The position numbers were made by a program, and so were the translations under genes. The notes beneath the pieces were generated by a model that was not told where the DNA came from, made no database searches, and saw nothing but the letters and a program-made list of their open reading frames with translations. Positions 1-9,215 of a stretch of 24,026 nucleotides of DNA are shown here, one piece after another. Within the stretch, counting starts at the first letter, position 1; every line of letters begins with the position of its first letter. This DNA comes from a virus (lineage: Duplodnaviria; Caudoviricetes): positions 1 through 24,026 of IMG/VR virus record IMGVR_UViG_3300034375_006595; one strand, 5' to 3'.

Positions 1-1584
1 GATGCCAAAAAGATGTTTACCGACAAAGTTGTCCCAATCTCAGTTAACTATCCGTTTTTCTTCAAACCTATCCAGGACGGTATGGATCGGCCAAAAACCG
101 AACTTGCTTATAGAGTTCCGGCTTCTAAGCTCACTAGGAAATCCATACAATCGCAGGAAAAACAAATAGAGCTTGAAGGACTTGATACAACAATTGACTG
201 GAAAAACACTGGTGACAACTCTTACGATGGAGAAAAGCTTAAACTACTTGTCCACGACGAAAGTGGTAAATGGGAAAGACCAGACAACATCCTTAACAAT
301 TGGCGAGTTACAAAAACAACGTTAAGACTTGGTGCACGTATTATTGGTAAGTGTTTAATGGGTTCAACATCGAACGCTTTAGATAAAGGCGGTGATAACT
401 TTAAAAAATTATATAACGATTCAAACGTAATTAAAAGAAACTCTAATGGACAAACTAAATCCGGACTGTATTCATTATTCATCCCGATGGAATGGAACTA
501 CGAAGGATTTATTGATGAGTACGGGCAGCCCGTATTTAATAATCCTGATGGAGAGGTTTTGGACCCGTTTGGTGACGTTATTGAACAAGGGGTTATAGAT
601 TACTGGGAAAATGAAGTTGATGGCCTTAAACAAGACCAGGATGCTTTAAACGAATACTACAGGCAGTTCCCGCGTACAGAAGACCACGCATTTAGAGATG
701 AAACTAAAAATAGCATCTTTAACTTAGCAAAAATCTACGAACAGATTGATTATAACCAGGATCTACGTAATACTAATACTATAACGCAGGGTAATTTTCA
801 ATGGGTTAACGGTGTACCAGACACAAATGTAGTGTTTACACCTAGCCCACAAGGTAGATTTAAAGTATCTTGGATACCAGGTACACATTTGCAGAACAAG
901 CATATAAGTAAAAACGGTGTTAAATATCCAGCTAATGAACATATTGGTGCATTTGGTTGTGATAGTTACGATATTTCAGGAACGACTGACGGCAGGGGCT
1001 CTAAAGGTGCATTACACGGATTAACAAAATTCACAATGGAAGATGCACCACCTAGTACATTTTTTTTAGAATACATTGCTAGGCCTCAGACAGCAGAGAT
1101 ATTTTTCGAAGATGTGCTTATGGCATGTGTCTTTTACGGAATGCCTATACTTGCTGAGAATAACAAACCTAGATTACTCTACCATTTTAAAAGAAGAGGG
1201 TACAGGGGTTATTCGATGAACCGACCTGACAGATTATGGAATAAGCTTTCCGTAACTGAAAAAGAAATAGGTGGTATACCAAACTCAAGCATGGATATGA
1301 AACAATCACATGCAGCTGCAATAGAGATGTACATAAACGAGCATGTCGGACAAATAGCAGAAGGGGAGTATGGAACCATGTACTTTAACGAGACTTTAAA
1401 CGATTGGTCTAAATTTGACATAAATAACCGAACAAAATATGATGCCGCTATTAGTTCTGGCCTCGCTATTATGGCTTGCCACAAAGATTTATACAGACCC
1501 GTCGGACAACAACAAAAAACAAAATTAAACCTTAAGATTGCTCGATATAATCAAGATGGTTTTACTTCAAAAATAATAAAATAA
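1..1584 (+). CDS. terL: Terminase large subunit (5'-partial; the frame is open from base 1)
   Basis: Reading frame is open upstream of M13 (DAKKMFTDK). Walker B-like LLVHDESGKW, motif III-like MGSTSN, RNase H-like nuclease motifs FGCDSYD and C-terminal YDAAISSGLA. Lies directly upstream of a portal-like gene. Confidence 0.93.
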   Translation, partial: DAKKMFTDKVVPISVNYPFFFKPIQDGMDRPKTELAYRVPASKLTRKSIQSQEKQIELEGLDTTIDWKNTGDNSYDGEKLKLLVHDESGKWERPDNILNNWRVTKTTLRLGARIIGKCLMGSTSNALDKGGDNFKKLYNDSNVIKRNSNGQTKSGLYSLFIPMEWNYEGFIDEYGQPVFNNPDGEVLDPFGDVIEQGVIDYWENEVDGLKQDQDALNEYYRQFPRTEDHAFRDETKNSIFNLAKIYEQIDYNQDLRNTNTITQGNFQWVNGVPDTNVVFTPSPQGRFKVSWIPGTHLQNKHISKNGVKYPANEHIGAFGCDSYDISGTTDGRGSKGALHGLTKFTMEDAPPSTFFLEYIARPQTAEIFFEDVLMACVFYGMPILAENNKPRLLYHFKRRGYRGYSMNRPDRLWNKLSVTEKEIGGIPNSSMDMKQSHAAAIEMYINEHVGQIAEGEYGTMYFNETLNDWSKFDINNRTKYDAAISSGLAIMACHKDLYRPVGQQQKTKLNLKIARYNQDGFTSKIIK

Positions 1585-1587
1585 GAT

Positions 1588-4011
1588 ATGGCTAATTCAG
1601 TTGTAAATAGTTTCTTCCCAAGCCAGGTAGCTTCAGACCAAGAAAAGCTGTCTACGGAATATGGCTTAAAGGTAGGACGTGCGATTGAGCAAGAGTGGTT
1701 TTCAAGCAACTCTGGAGCAATTCGCTACCAAAGCAACCAAAGCTCATTTCACAATTTAAGATTATACGCAAGAGGCGAGCAAAGCATTCAAAAGTATAAA
1801 GATGAATTATCAATAAATGGTGATTTGTCTTATCTTAATTTAGACTGGAAGCCTGTACCTATATTATCTAAGTTTGTAGATATTGTAGTTAATGGTATTG
1901 CCGATAGAGCATTTGATATAAAAGCATATTCACAAGATCCGTTTGGTGTTTCAAAACGTACAGAGTACATGAACTCTATTATTCGTGATATGCAAACCAA
2001 AGAGATTAACGACTATGCTCAAGAAGCTTTCGGTATTAATCTTTATGAGAACGACCCCACGGCTTTACCGGAATCAAAAGAAGAGCTAGAGCTTCACATG
2101 CAGCTTAGTTATAAGCAGGGCATTGAAGTAGCTGAAGAGGTTGCAATAAATACTTTACTTGACGGAAACAAATACAATTTAATTAAGAAAAGAGTATACC
2201 AAGATATTACCACATTAGGCATTGGCGCAGTTAAAAATACTTTTAACAAGTCAGAAGGTATTAAAATAGATTACGTTGACCCTGCTAATTTGGTTTATTC
2301 ATATACTGAATCACCGTATTTTGAAGATATATATTATGTAGGTGAAGTTAAGTGGGTGCCTATTAATGAGCTTAAAAAGCAATTCCCTGATTTAACAAAC
2401 GAAGAGCTAGAGAAAATACAACAGCAAAACTCTAAAACGCATCGTGGCTACGCTACAACAGGTAATACACAGGATACATATAGAGATAGTAATAACGTTC
2501 AAATTTTGTATTTTAATTACAAAACTTACATGAACGAAGTTTATAAAACTAAGAAGACTGCAACAGGTGCTGAAAAAGCGATTGAAAGAGACGACCAGTA
2601 CAACCCACCAGCAGACAGTGAAGAGTTTGGCAAGTTATCGCAGTCGCTAGAAGTTTTATATGAAGGTGCATTAGTATTAGGCACTAAGCATCTGCTTAAG
2701 TGGGAGGTGGCTAAAAATATGTTGCGTCCTAAAAGCGATTATACCAAGGTGAAAATGAATTACAACATCGTAGCCCCACGTATGTACAAAGGTAAGATTG
2801 AATCTATTGTAAGCCGTTGTACCGGTTTTGCTGATATGATTCAGCTTACGCATTTAAAAATGCAGCAGGTATTATCTAAAATGATGCCTGATGGTGTTTA
2901 TATGGATGCTGACGGTTTAGCTGAAATTGATTTAGGTAACGGTACAAACTACAATCCGCAGGAAGCGCTTAACATGTTCTTCCAAACAGGTTCTGTTATT
3001 GGGCGCTCATTTACGCAAGAGGGTGATATGAATCCTGGTAAAGTGCCTATACAGCCTTTACAAACAGGTGCGGGTGGTCAAAAACTACAAACGCTTATAC
3101 AGACGTATAACTATTACTTGCAGATGATTCGCGATGTTACGGGTCTTAATGAAGCGCGTGACGGTTCTACACCTGATTCAAGAGCATTAGTTGGTGTACA
3201 AAAACTAGCGGCCGCAAATTCAAATACAGCTACAAGACACATACTTGATGCAGGTTTATTCTTAACTGCTGAAACCGCGGAAGCTTTATCACTACGTATT
3301 TCAGATGTTTTAGAATACAGCAGCTCTAAAGAGGCATTTATACAGAAAATTGGTGGATTTAATGTAGCTACACTTGAAGAGCTTAAAGAATTACACTTAT
3401 ACGATTTTGGTATATTCTTAGAACTAGCGCCAGACGAAGAAGAAAAAGCATTATTAGAAAACAATATACAGACCGCACTTTCTGCAGGTTTGATTGATTT
3501 AGACGATGCAATAGATATTCGTGAAGTTAGAAATATTAAGCTAGCCAATCAACTATTAAAGTTACGCCGCAAGAAAAAGCTGGAGCGTGATCAAATGATG
3601 CAGCAGCAAAATATCCAAGCACAAGCGCAAGCAAATGCACAGGCACAACAAGTTGCGGCACAAGCGGAAGTACAGAAAGACCAAGCGTTGTTCCAAACAA
3701 AAGCACAGCTAGAGCAGCTTAAAGGACAGATGGAACAACAAAAAATGCAAGCAGAGGTTGCGGCTAAGAAAGAACTTATGGCACTTGAATTCAACTACAA
3801 TATGCAACTTAAGGGTATTGAGGTTGAAGGACAAAAGACAAAAGAGAAACAAAAGGAAGACCGTAAAGACGAAAGAACCAAATTACAAGCTTCTCAACAA
3901 AGCGAATTAATAGAGCAAAGACAGAAGCAAACAGGTCCTAAAAACTTTGAATCTGCTGGAAATGACATCATTGGCGGTGGATTTGGTTTAGGAACCTTCG
4001 AACCTAAGTAA
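1588..4011 (+). CDS. Portal protein (large podovirus/crAss-like type with a C-terminal coiled-coil barrel)
   Basis: 807 aa, immediately after terL. Contains YVDPANL..SY and IRDVTGLNEARDG segments typical of this portal class, plus a long Q/A/K/E-rich helical C-terminus like the P22 portal barrel. Confidence 0.88.
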   Translation: MANSVVNSFFPSQVASDQEKLSTEYGLKVGRAIEQEWFSSNSGAIRYQSNQSSFHNLRLYARGEQSIQKYKDELSINGDLSYLNLDWKPVPILSKFVDIVVNGIADRAFDIKAYSQDPFGVSKRTEYMNSIIRDMQTKEINDYAQEAFGINLYENDPTALPESKEELELHMQLSYKQGIEVAEEVAINTLLDGNKYNLIKKRVYQDITTLGIGAVKNTFNKSEGIKIDYVDPANLVYSYTESPYFEDIYYVGEVKWVPINELKKQFPDLTNEELEKIQQQNSKTHRGYATTGNTQDTYRDSNNVQILYFNYKTYMNEVYKTKKTATGAEKAIERDDQYNPPADSEEFGKLSQSLEVLYEGALVLGTKHLLKWEVAKNMLRPKSDYTKVKMNYNIVAPRMYKGKIESIVSRCTGFADMIQLTHLKMQQVLSKMMPDGVYMDADGLAEIDLGNGTNYNPQEALNMFFQTGSVIGRSFTQEGDMNPGKVPIQPLQTGAGGQKLQTLIQTYNYYLQMIRDVTGLNEARDGSTPDSRALVGVQKLAAANSNTATRHILDAGLFLTAETAEALSLRISDVLEYSSSKEAFIQKIGGFNVATLEELKELHLYDFGIFLELAPDEEEKALLENNIQTALSAGLIDLDDAIDIREVRNIKLANQLLKLRRKKKLERDQMMQQQNIQAQAQANAQAQQVAAQAEVQKDQALFQTKAQLEQLKGQMEQQKMQAEVAAKKELMALEFNYNMQLKGIEVEGQKTKEKQKEDRKDERTKLQASQQSELIEQRQKQTGPKNFESAGNDIIGGGFGLGTFEPK

Positions 4012-4024
4012 TAATAACCATATA

Positions 4025-4038
4025 TAATTATATAATAT
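4025..4038 (+). promoter_or_regulatory. Recurring pre-start motif TAATTATATWATAT (copy 1)
   Basis: TAATTATATAATAT ends 6 nt before the scaffold ATG. It is 13/14 identical to 6687-6700 and overlaps the perfect palindrome TATATAATTATATA at 4021-4034. Confidence 0.45.
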
Positions 4039-4044
4039 TTTATC

Positions 4045-5211
4045 ATGAGTGAAGAATTTAAACCAGCTACCAGCATAGATGATGATGGTACAATTAAAGT
4101 AGACTTCAGTAAAAATGCCATTCAAGAGCAAAGCACAGATGACAGCGATGCTGCTGTCGAAGAACCCGGAAACGAAGAAAGTAGCCAAGAAGTGGTTGAA
4201 GAAGTACGGGACACCGAAGAAGAGCAAGTAGTAACAGAAGAGACTGAAGAGCCTGCTCAAGAGGTTGCAGAAGAAGAGCCTGTACTACAGGAAATTACAG
4301 AAGAAGAAGTTGAAGAGGCTGCTGAAGAGCTTCAAGAAGAAGTTGCTGAGGCAATTGAAGAAGCAAAAGAGTCTGGTGCTGAATTACCTGAAAACATTCA
4401 AAAGGTTGTAGACTTTATGAATGAAACAGGTGGAACGCTAGAAGACTACGTTCGCCTTAATACAGATTACAGTGCGTTAAACGAAGAACAATTACTTCGT
4501 GAATACTACCAAAGTACGAACCCACATTTAGATAATGAGGACATCGACTTTATGATGGAAGACAAGTTTTCATACGATGAAGACATTGACGACGAGCGTG
4601 AAGTGCGACGTAAAAAGGTAGAGCGTAAACAAGCATTAGCAAATGCTAAAAATTATTTAGACGGACTTAAGTCTAAATACTACGAAGAAATTAAAGCAGG
4701 ATCACGTTTGAATCCTGAACAGCAAAAAGCGGTTGAATTTTTCAATCGTTATAATAAAGAAAGTGAGGAAGCTGCTAAAGTTGCAGAAAGACAAACTACG
4801 CGTTTTAAGCAAGAAAGTGCTAAAGTTTTTAACGACAAATTCGAAGGTTTCGATTTTAACGTCGGCGAAAAGAAATACCGCTTTAAAGTAAAGAATGCTA
4901 GTGAGGTTAAAGAGACCCAAGGCGACATTAACAATTTTATTAAGAAGTTCTTGAACGAAAAGGGTGAGATGTCAGATGCTAAGGGTTATCACAAATCTCT
5001 GTTTACAGCAATGAACGCAGATCAAGTTGCACAACATTTTTATGAGCAAGGTCGCTCCGATGCTCTTAAATCAAGTATGGCTAAAGCCAAGAATGTAGAT
5101 ATGGACCCGAGAGGGGTGCATGAGAAAGTTACTACATCTAACGGCTGGACTGTACGTGCAGTTGATAGTGGAGAAAGCGCTTCTAAGCTTAAGGTTAGAT
5201 TTAATAAATAA
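4045..5211 (+). CDS. Putative capsid scaffolding/assembly protein
   Basis: 388 aa between portal and major capsid genes. Extremely Glu-rich, low-complexity N-terminal ~110 aa followed by helical/coiled-coil sequence. Codon usage looks like a highly expressed gene. Confidence 0.7.
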   Translation: MSEEFKPATSIDDDGTIKVDFSKNAIQEQSTDDSDAAVEEPGNEESSQEVVEEVRDTEEEQVVTEETEEPAQEVAEEEPVLQEITEEEVEEAAEELQEEVAEAIEEAKESGAELPENIQKVVDFMNETGGTLEDYVRLNTDYSALNEEQLLREYYQSTNPHLDNEDIDFMMEDKFSYDEDIDDEREVRRKKVERKQALANAKNYLDGLKSKYYEEIKAGSRLNPEQQKAVEFFNRYNKESEEAAKVAERQTTRFKQESAKVFNDKFEGFDFNVGEKKYRFKVKNASEVKETQGDINNFIKKFLNEKGEMSDAKGYHKSLFTAMNADQVAQHFYEQGRSDALKSSMAKAKNVDMDPRGVHEKVTTSNGWTVRAVDSGESASKLKVRFNK

Positions 5212-5234
5212 TAATCCATTAAAAATTTATAATA

Positions 5235-6629
5235 ATGGCAACAATGAGTGGAGGCGCATTCCCAGCGTCACTAACACCGCGTCCAACTAAAACTCCGGAT
5301 GCGTCAAATTATATAAACTTTGCTGACACTAGCTTTAGCCAGTGGTCACAACAATACCTTCCTGAGGTATATGAAAAAGAAATTGAGCGTTACGGTAAAC
5401 GTACTGTAGGCGGTTTCTTACGTATGGTAAGTGCAGAAATGCCAGTAGCTTCAGATCAAATTATTTGGTCAGAACAAGGACGTTTGCACCTCGCATTTAG
5501 CGGCGTTACTAATGGACAAAGTGCTAGTGGAGCGAATAGTGAGGTTACTTTAACTTTTGGTACAAGCGCTGAAGCTGATTTGTTAGCTAAAGGAATGACT
5601 TTAGTTTTAGCTGATAGCACTAATGCAGTTGCTAAAGTACTAGTTTCTACTGAAGCGGCTGGTGCTGTTGTTAAAGTACAAGTCTACGGCGCTGCTGATT
5701 TAAGTGGGCTTGGAACAACTGTATCTGGATTTGTATTCGGTTCTGAATATGCTAAGGGTTCTGAAAGCGTTGGAATTTCTCGTGATGCTAACTTTCAAAC
5801 TTTCAATAATAAACCAATTATTCTACGTGATAAATACAGCGTTGCTGGTTCTGATGTAGCTCAAATTGGTTGGATTGAAGTTACTTCTGAAGCTGGTACT
5901 TCTGGTTACCTATGGTACTTGAAGTCTGAGCACGAGTCTCGTTTACGTTTTGAAGACTACCTAGAAATGTCTATGGTTGAAGCTGAGAAAAAAGGCGCTT
6001 CTGGTACAACATCTCTTGATGGTACTGAGGGTATGTTTGAAGCTATTGAAAATCGCGGTCTTGTTTATTCAGGTGCTGATTTTGATGGCGCTGGTGGTTT
6101 AAGTCAATTTGACGACATTCTAGCACAATTAGACAAGCAAGGTGCTATTGAAGAAAACATGATGTTCTTAGATCGTTCTACATCTTTAGAGATTGACAAC
6201 ATGCTTGCAGCTCAAAATTCTTACGGTGCTGGTGGTACTTCTTTCGGTGTATTTAATAACGAAGAAGATATGGCATTGAACTTAGGATTCTCTGGTTTCC
6301 GTCGCGGTTCTTACGACTTCTACAAAACCGACTGGAAATACTTGAACGATGCAACTACTCGTGGCCTTATTGGTGACATCGATGGCGTATTGGTTCCAGC
6401 AGGTACTTCTACGGTTTACGATGAAAACTTAGGTAAAAACGTTGCACGTCCATTCTTGCACGTACGTTACCGCGCTAACGAGGTTGATGATCGTCGCATG
6501 AAGTCTTGGGTTACTGGTTCAGTTGGTGGCAACTACACTAGTGACGAAGATGCAATGAACGTTCACTTCTTGTCTGAGCGTGCACTTTGTGTACAAGCAG
6601 CTAACAATTTTGTATTGTTGAAAGCGTAA
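5235..6629 (+). CDS. Major capsid protein (HK97 fold, crAss-like type)
   Basis: 464 aa after the scaffold gene. Segments QQYLPEVYEKEIERYG, IIWSEQGRLH and LNLGFSGFRRGSYDFYKTDWKYLND resemble Bacteroidota podophage capsid proteins. Strong GCT/GGT/CGT codon bias and a terminator immediately downstream. Confidence 0.88.
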   Translation: MATMSGGAFPASLTPRPTKTPDASNYINFADTSFSQWSQQYLPEVYEKEIERYGKRTVGGFLRMVSAEMPVASDQIIWSEQGRLHLAFSGVTNGQSASGANSEVTLTFGTSAEADLLAKGMTLVLADSTNAVAKVLVSTEAAGAVVKVQVYGAADLSGLGTTVSGFVFGSEYAKGSESVGISRDANFQTFNNKPIILRDKYSVAGSDVAQIGWIEVTSEAGTSGYLWYLKSEHESRLRFEDYLEMSMVEAEKKGASGTTSLDGTEGMFEAIENRGLVYSGADFDGAGGLSQFDDILAQLDKQGAIEENMMFLDRSTSLEIDNMLAAQNSYGAGGTSFGVFNNEEDMALNLGFSGFRRGSYDFYKTDWKYLNDATTRGLIGDIDGVLVPAGTSTVYDENLGKNVARPFLHVRYRANEVDDRRMKSWVTGSVGGNYTSDEDAMNVHFLSERALCVQAANNFVLLKA

Positions 6630-6646
6630 TAGCTTATATTTAATAT

Positions 6647-6680
6647 GGTCCTCGGCTTCGGCCGGGGGCTTTATTTTTCT
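6647..6680 (+). terminator. Rho-independent terminator after the major capsid gene
   Basis: Hairpin GGTCCTCGGC-TTCG-GCCGGGGGCT (10-bp stem including G-U pairs, cUUCGg tetraloop) followed by TTATTTTTCTTTT. Confidence 0.9.
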
Positions 6681-6686
6681 TTTATT

Positions 6687-6700
6687 TAATTATATTATAT
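6687..6700 (+). promoter_or_regulatory. Recurring pre-start motif TAATTATATWATAT (copy 2)
   Basis: TAATTATATTATAT lies between the capsid terminator and ATG 6702. Confidence 0.45.
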
Positions 6701-6701
6701 C

Positions 6702-7556
6702 ATGGCAACAGCTAAAAAACCTGCAGCTAAAAAGGCTGCACCAAAAAAAGAAATGCCTGTAGAGGCACCGGTAGTATCATTTGAAAATGCCGATAAACCA
6801 TTAACAGCATCTGTAGAACCCAAGTGGGAATATAAAGACCGCTTATATGAAATGACAGGTAATAAGACACCTTTAATATGGTCTATACCTTCAATGCATA
6901 CTGCTAAAAGACCTATGCTTTGGTTTGACAAAGAAAAAGGTTACCAGCGCGAACTACGTTATGCTACAAACCAAAAAACACCTTTTGTAGATGAGCAAGA
7001 AGGTACATCAACATTAGGAAGAATTATTTTTGAAAATGGCAAACTGTATGTACCAAAAGAGCAGGTAGCTTTACAAAAATTTTTATCGTTGTATCACCCA
7101 TATACATTAACAGGTAAAATTAAAGAGCATAAACCTGAAGCCATTGCTGAAGACCAAGTGCATTCTATTGAGCTTGAATTAGAAGCGATGAACACCGCGG
7201 TTGCAATGGATATTGACCAAGCAGAAGCAATTTTGCGTGCAGAAATAGGATCTGCGGTATCTACAATGAGTTCTAAGGAGCTTAAACGCGATTTACTTGT
7301 ATTCGCTAAGAATGAACCTGGTTTGTTCTTAGAACTAGCAAATGACGACAACGTACATTTGCGTAACATCGGTATAAAAGCTACGGAATTAGGAGTTATT
7401 AATTTATCAGCAGACAATAGAACATTCTCTTACGGGAATACTGGTCGTAAATTAATGACCGTTCCTTTTGATGAACATCCTTATTCAGCGCTTGCTGCCT
7501 ACTTCAAAACAGATGAAGGTATGGAAGTTTTGAATGCGATTGAAAAACGACTTTAA
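6702..7556 (+). CDS. Conserved virion structural protein downstream of the major capsid gene (function unknown)
   Basis: 284-aa ORF flanked by two terminators, in the position of the conserved post-capsid gene of crAss-like phages. Basic low-complexity N-terminus AKKPAAKKAAPKK. Confidence 0.6.
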   Translation: MATAKKPAAKKAAPKKEMPVEAPVVSFENADKPLTASVEPKWEYKDRLYEMTGNKTPLIWSIPSMHTAKRPMLWFDKEKGYQRELRYATNQKTPFVDEQEGTSTLGRIIFENGKLYVPKEQVALQKFLSLYHPYTLTGKIKEHKPEAIAEDQVHSIELELEAMNTAVAMDIDQAEAILRAEIGSAVSTMSSKELKRDLLVFAKNEPGLFLELANDDNVHLRNIGIKATELGVINLSADNRTFSYGNTGRKLMTVPFDEHPYSALAAYFKTDEGMEVLNAIEKRL

Positions 7557-7564
7557 GTCATAAA

Positions 7565-7597
7565 GTAGGGGTCGTGCAAACGATCCCTATTTTTTTT
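7565..7597 (+). terminator. Rho-independent terminator
   Basis: Hairpin GTAGGGGTCGT-GCAA-ACGATCCCTAT (11-bp stem including G-U pairs, GNRA loop) with a T8 tract at 7590-7597. Confidence 0.9.
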
Positions 7598-7610
7598 AAT
7601 ATATAAAACT

Positions 7611-8324
7611 ATGAGTGTAAGTGTAAACACTGTATATCAAAAAGTATTAGCCGTACTCAATAAAGAGAAACGAGGATATTTACCGCCAAACGAGTTTGAA
7701 TATATGGCGAACATTGCTCAGATGGATATATTTGAGCAATATTTTTATGACCTAAATCAATTCATGCGTATACCTGGTAATGATACCGGTCACGCTGATA
7801 TGGTTAGTATGTTACAGGAAAAGATAGCTTTATTTCAAAAAAGTAAAGCTGCTGCAGATTTAAGTATTGCTTCAAACAAAATAACACTTACTTCTAACGA
7901 TTTATATAGATTATCTTCTATTTACGTATCAAACGCAGAAGCAGATAAGGTAACAAAAAAAGAAGCTAAAGACATATTATTATCACCCTTAGCTACACCA
8001 ACTGCTGATCGCCCAATGTATTACGAAGAAGATGGCGGTTACTATGTTTATACTTCTGCTACACCTTTGTCTGCAGTAACTAATGTGGTTGTTGATTATA
8101 TTAAAAAGCCTGCAGATGTAAAATGGACATATACAATTGTTGCTGGCGCACCTGTATACAACAGTAGTGGTGTTGATTTGCAGAACTTTGAGCTGCATAG
8201 TTCTGAAGAAACTGAATTAATATATAAGATTATAGAGCTTGCGGGTATAGCATTAAAAGACCCAAGCCTTATACAGATCGGTGGTGGGTTAGAAAATCAA
8301 AAAGTACAACAAGAAAAAGCATAA
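7611..8324 (+). CDS. Putative tail ring / head-tail adaptor protein
   Basis: 237 aa with a helical N-terminus (VYQKVLAVLNKEKRGY..P.EF...ANIAQMDIF), a beta-rich middle ending YIKKP and a helical C-terminus. This is the layout of P22 gp4-like/crAss ring proteins, and the gene position fits. Confidence 0.62.
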   Translation: MSVSVNTVYQKVLAVLNKEKRGYLPPNEFEYMANIAQMDIFEQYFYDLNQFMRIPGNDTGHADMVSMLQEKIALFQKSKAAADLSIASNKITLTSNDLYRLSSIYVSNAEADKVTKKEAKDILLSPLATPTADRPMYYEEDGGYYVYTSATPLSAVTNVVVDYIKKPADVKWTYTIVAGAPVYNSSGVDLQNFELHSSEETELIYKIIELAGIALKDPSLIQIGGGLENQKVQQEKA

Positions 8325-8327
8325 TAG

Positions 8328-9212
8328 ATGGGTCTACTAAACGAAAATGCATCGACTTATTACAGTGGTAGTGATTATGGGAGTTACCAATTTATTACTA
8401 TAAAAGATATTGTAAACAATTTTATGGTTGCTTATGTTGGTGAAGGTAAGCTTATACCTAAAGCTAAGCGTACTGACGTAGGTTTTCATGCACAACGGGC
8501 TATTCAAGAATTTAGCTTTGACACATTACCTTCTACAAAAGCTATAGAAATAGACTTAGGCCCCGCGTTAACAATGACTTTGCCTCAAGACTATGTTAAT
8601 TATATTAACTTTTCTTGGACAGATAACGCTGGTATACAACATATAATATACCCTACTAGAGATACAGGCAATGCTGTGGCGCCTTTGCAAGACTCAAATT
8701 TTAATTACACTTTTGATTCTAATGGTATATTACTTGAAGCCGAAGAGTCTTCAACAGTAATTAATTTTAAAAATGCAAATACAGGTGCTGATATTTCAGA
8801 TAAATCTAATCTAAGCGATGCTGATATATTTGAATTGTACCGATACGGTAACCGATACGGTATAGACCCAGAAAGAACGCAAGGCAATGGTGTATTTTAT
8901 ATTGACCAACTAAAAGGGGTTGCTAGATTTAGTTCTAATTTATCAGGACAAATTATTACACTTAAATATATAAGTGATGGTTTAGCTACCGATGAAGAAA
9001 TGAAAGTACATAAGTTTGCAGAAGAAGCAATGTATAAATACATGGCACATGCAATACTTAATACTAGAGCAAATGTTCCAGAATATCAAATAGCTCGTTA
9101 TAAGAAAGAGCTAAGGGCAGCAAAAAGAAACGCTAAGCTACGCTTATCTAATCTGAAGATAGCTGAGCTAGCGCAGGTAATGAGAAATCAGTCTAAGTGG
9201 ATTAAACACTAA
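8328..9212 (+). CDS. Putative tail tubular / ring protein
   Basis: 294 aa with LPQDYVNY (LPxDY motif common in tail tubular/adaptor proteins) and a helix-beta-helix layout. Lies directly upstream of the large tail stabilisation gene. Confidence 0.62.
   Translation: MGLLNENASTYYSGSDYGSYQFITIKDIVNNFMVAYVGEGKLIPKAKRTDVGFHAQRAIQEFSFDTLPSTKAIEIDLGPALTMTLPQDYVNYINFSWTDNAGIQHIIYPTRDTGNAVAPLQDSNFNYTFDSNGILLEAEESSTVINFKNANTGADISDKSNLSDADIFELYRYGNRYGIDPERTQGNGVFYIDQLKGVARFSSNLSGQIITLKYISDGLATDEEMKVHKFAEEAMYKYMAHAILNTRANVPEYQIARYKKELRAAKRNAKLRLSNLKIAELAQVMRNQSKWIKH
8839..8862. repeat. Perfect 12-bp tandem duplication (ACCGATACGGTA x2)
   Basis: Directly visible. It is in frame and encodes YRYGNRYG. Each unit contains the inverted repeat ACCG-ATA-CGGT. 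Confidence 0.85.
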
Positions 9213-9215
9213 CAC

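Noticed and set aside
3590-3930. CAA/GCA-rich repeats at the end of the portal gene
   Set aside because: They reflect the Gln/Ala-rich coiled-coil barrel expected in this portal type.
4150-4380. GAA-rich repetitive DNA as a possible repeat array or CRISPR
   Set aside because: It is explained by the Glu-rich coding sequence of the scaffold protein and shows no fixed repeat-spacer periodicity.
1-6629. Introns or inteins in terL, portal or capsid genes
   Set aside because: The ORFs are continuous and of plausible size, with no intein splice or LAGLIDADG motifs and no unexplained gaps.
6600-6650. Programmed frameshift or read-through extension of the capsid protein
   Set aside because: There is no slippery heptamer, the gene ends in a double stop (TAA TAG), and a terminator follows.
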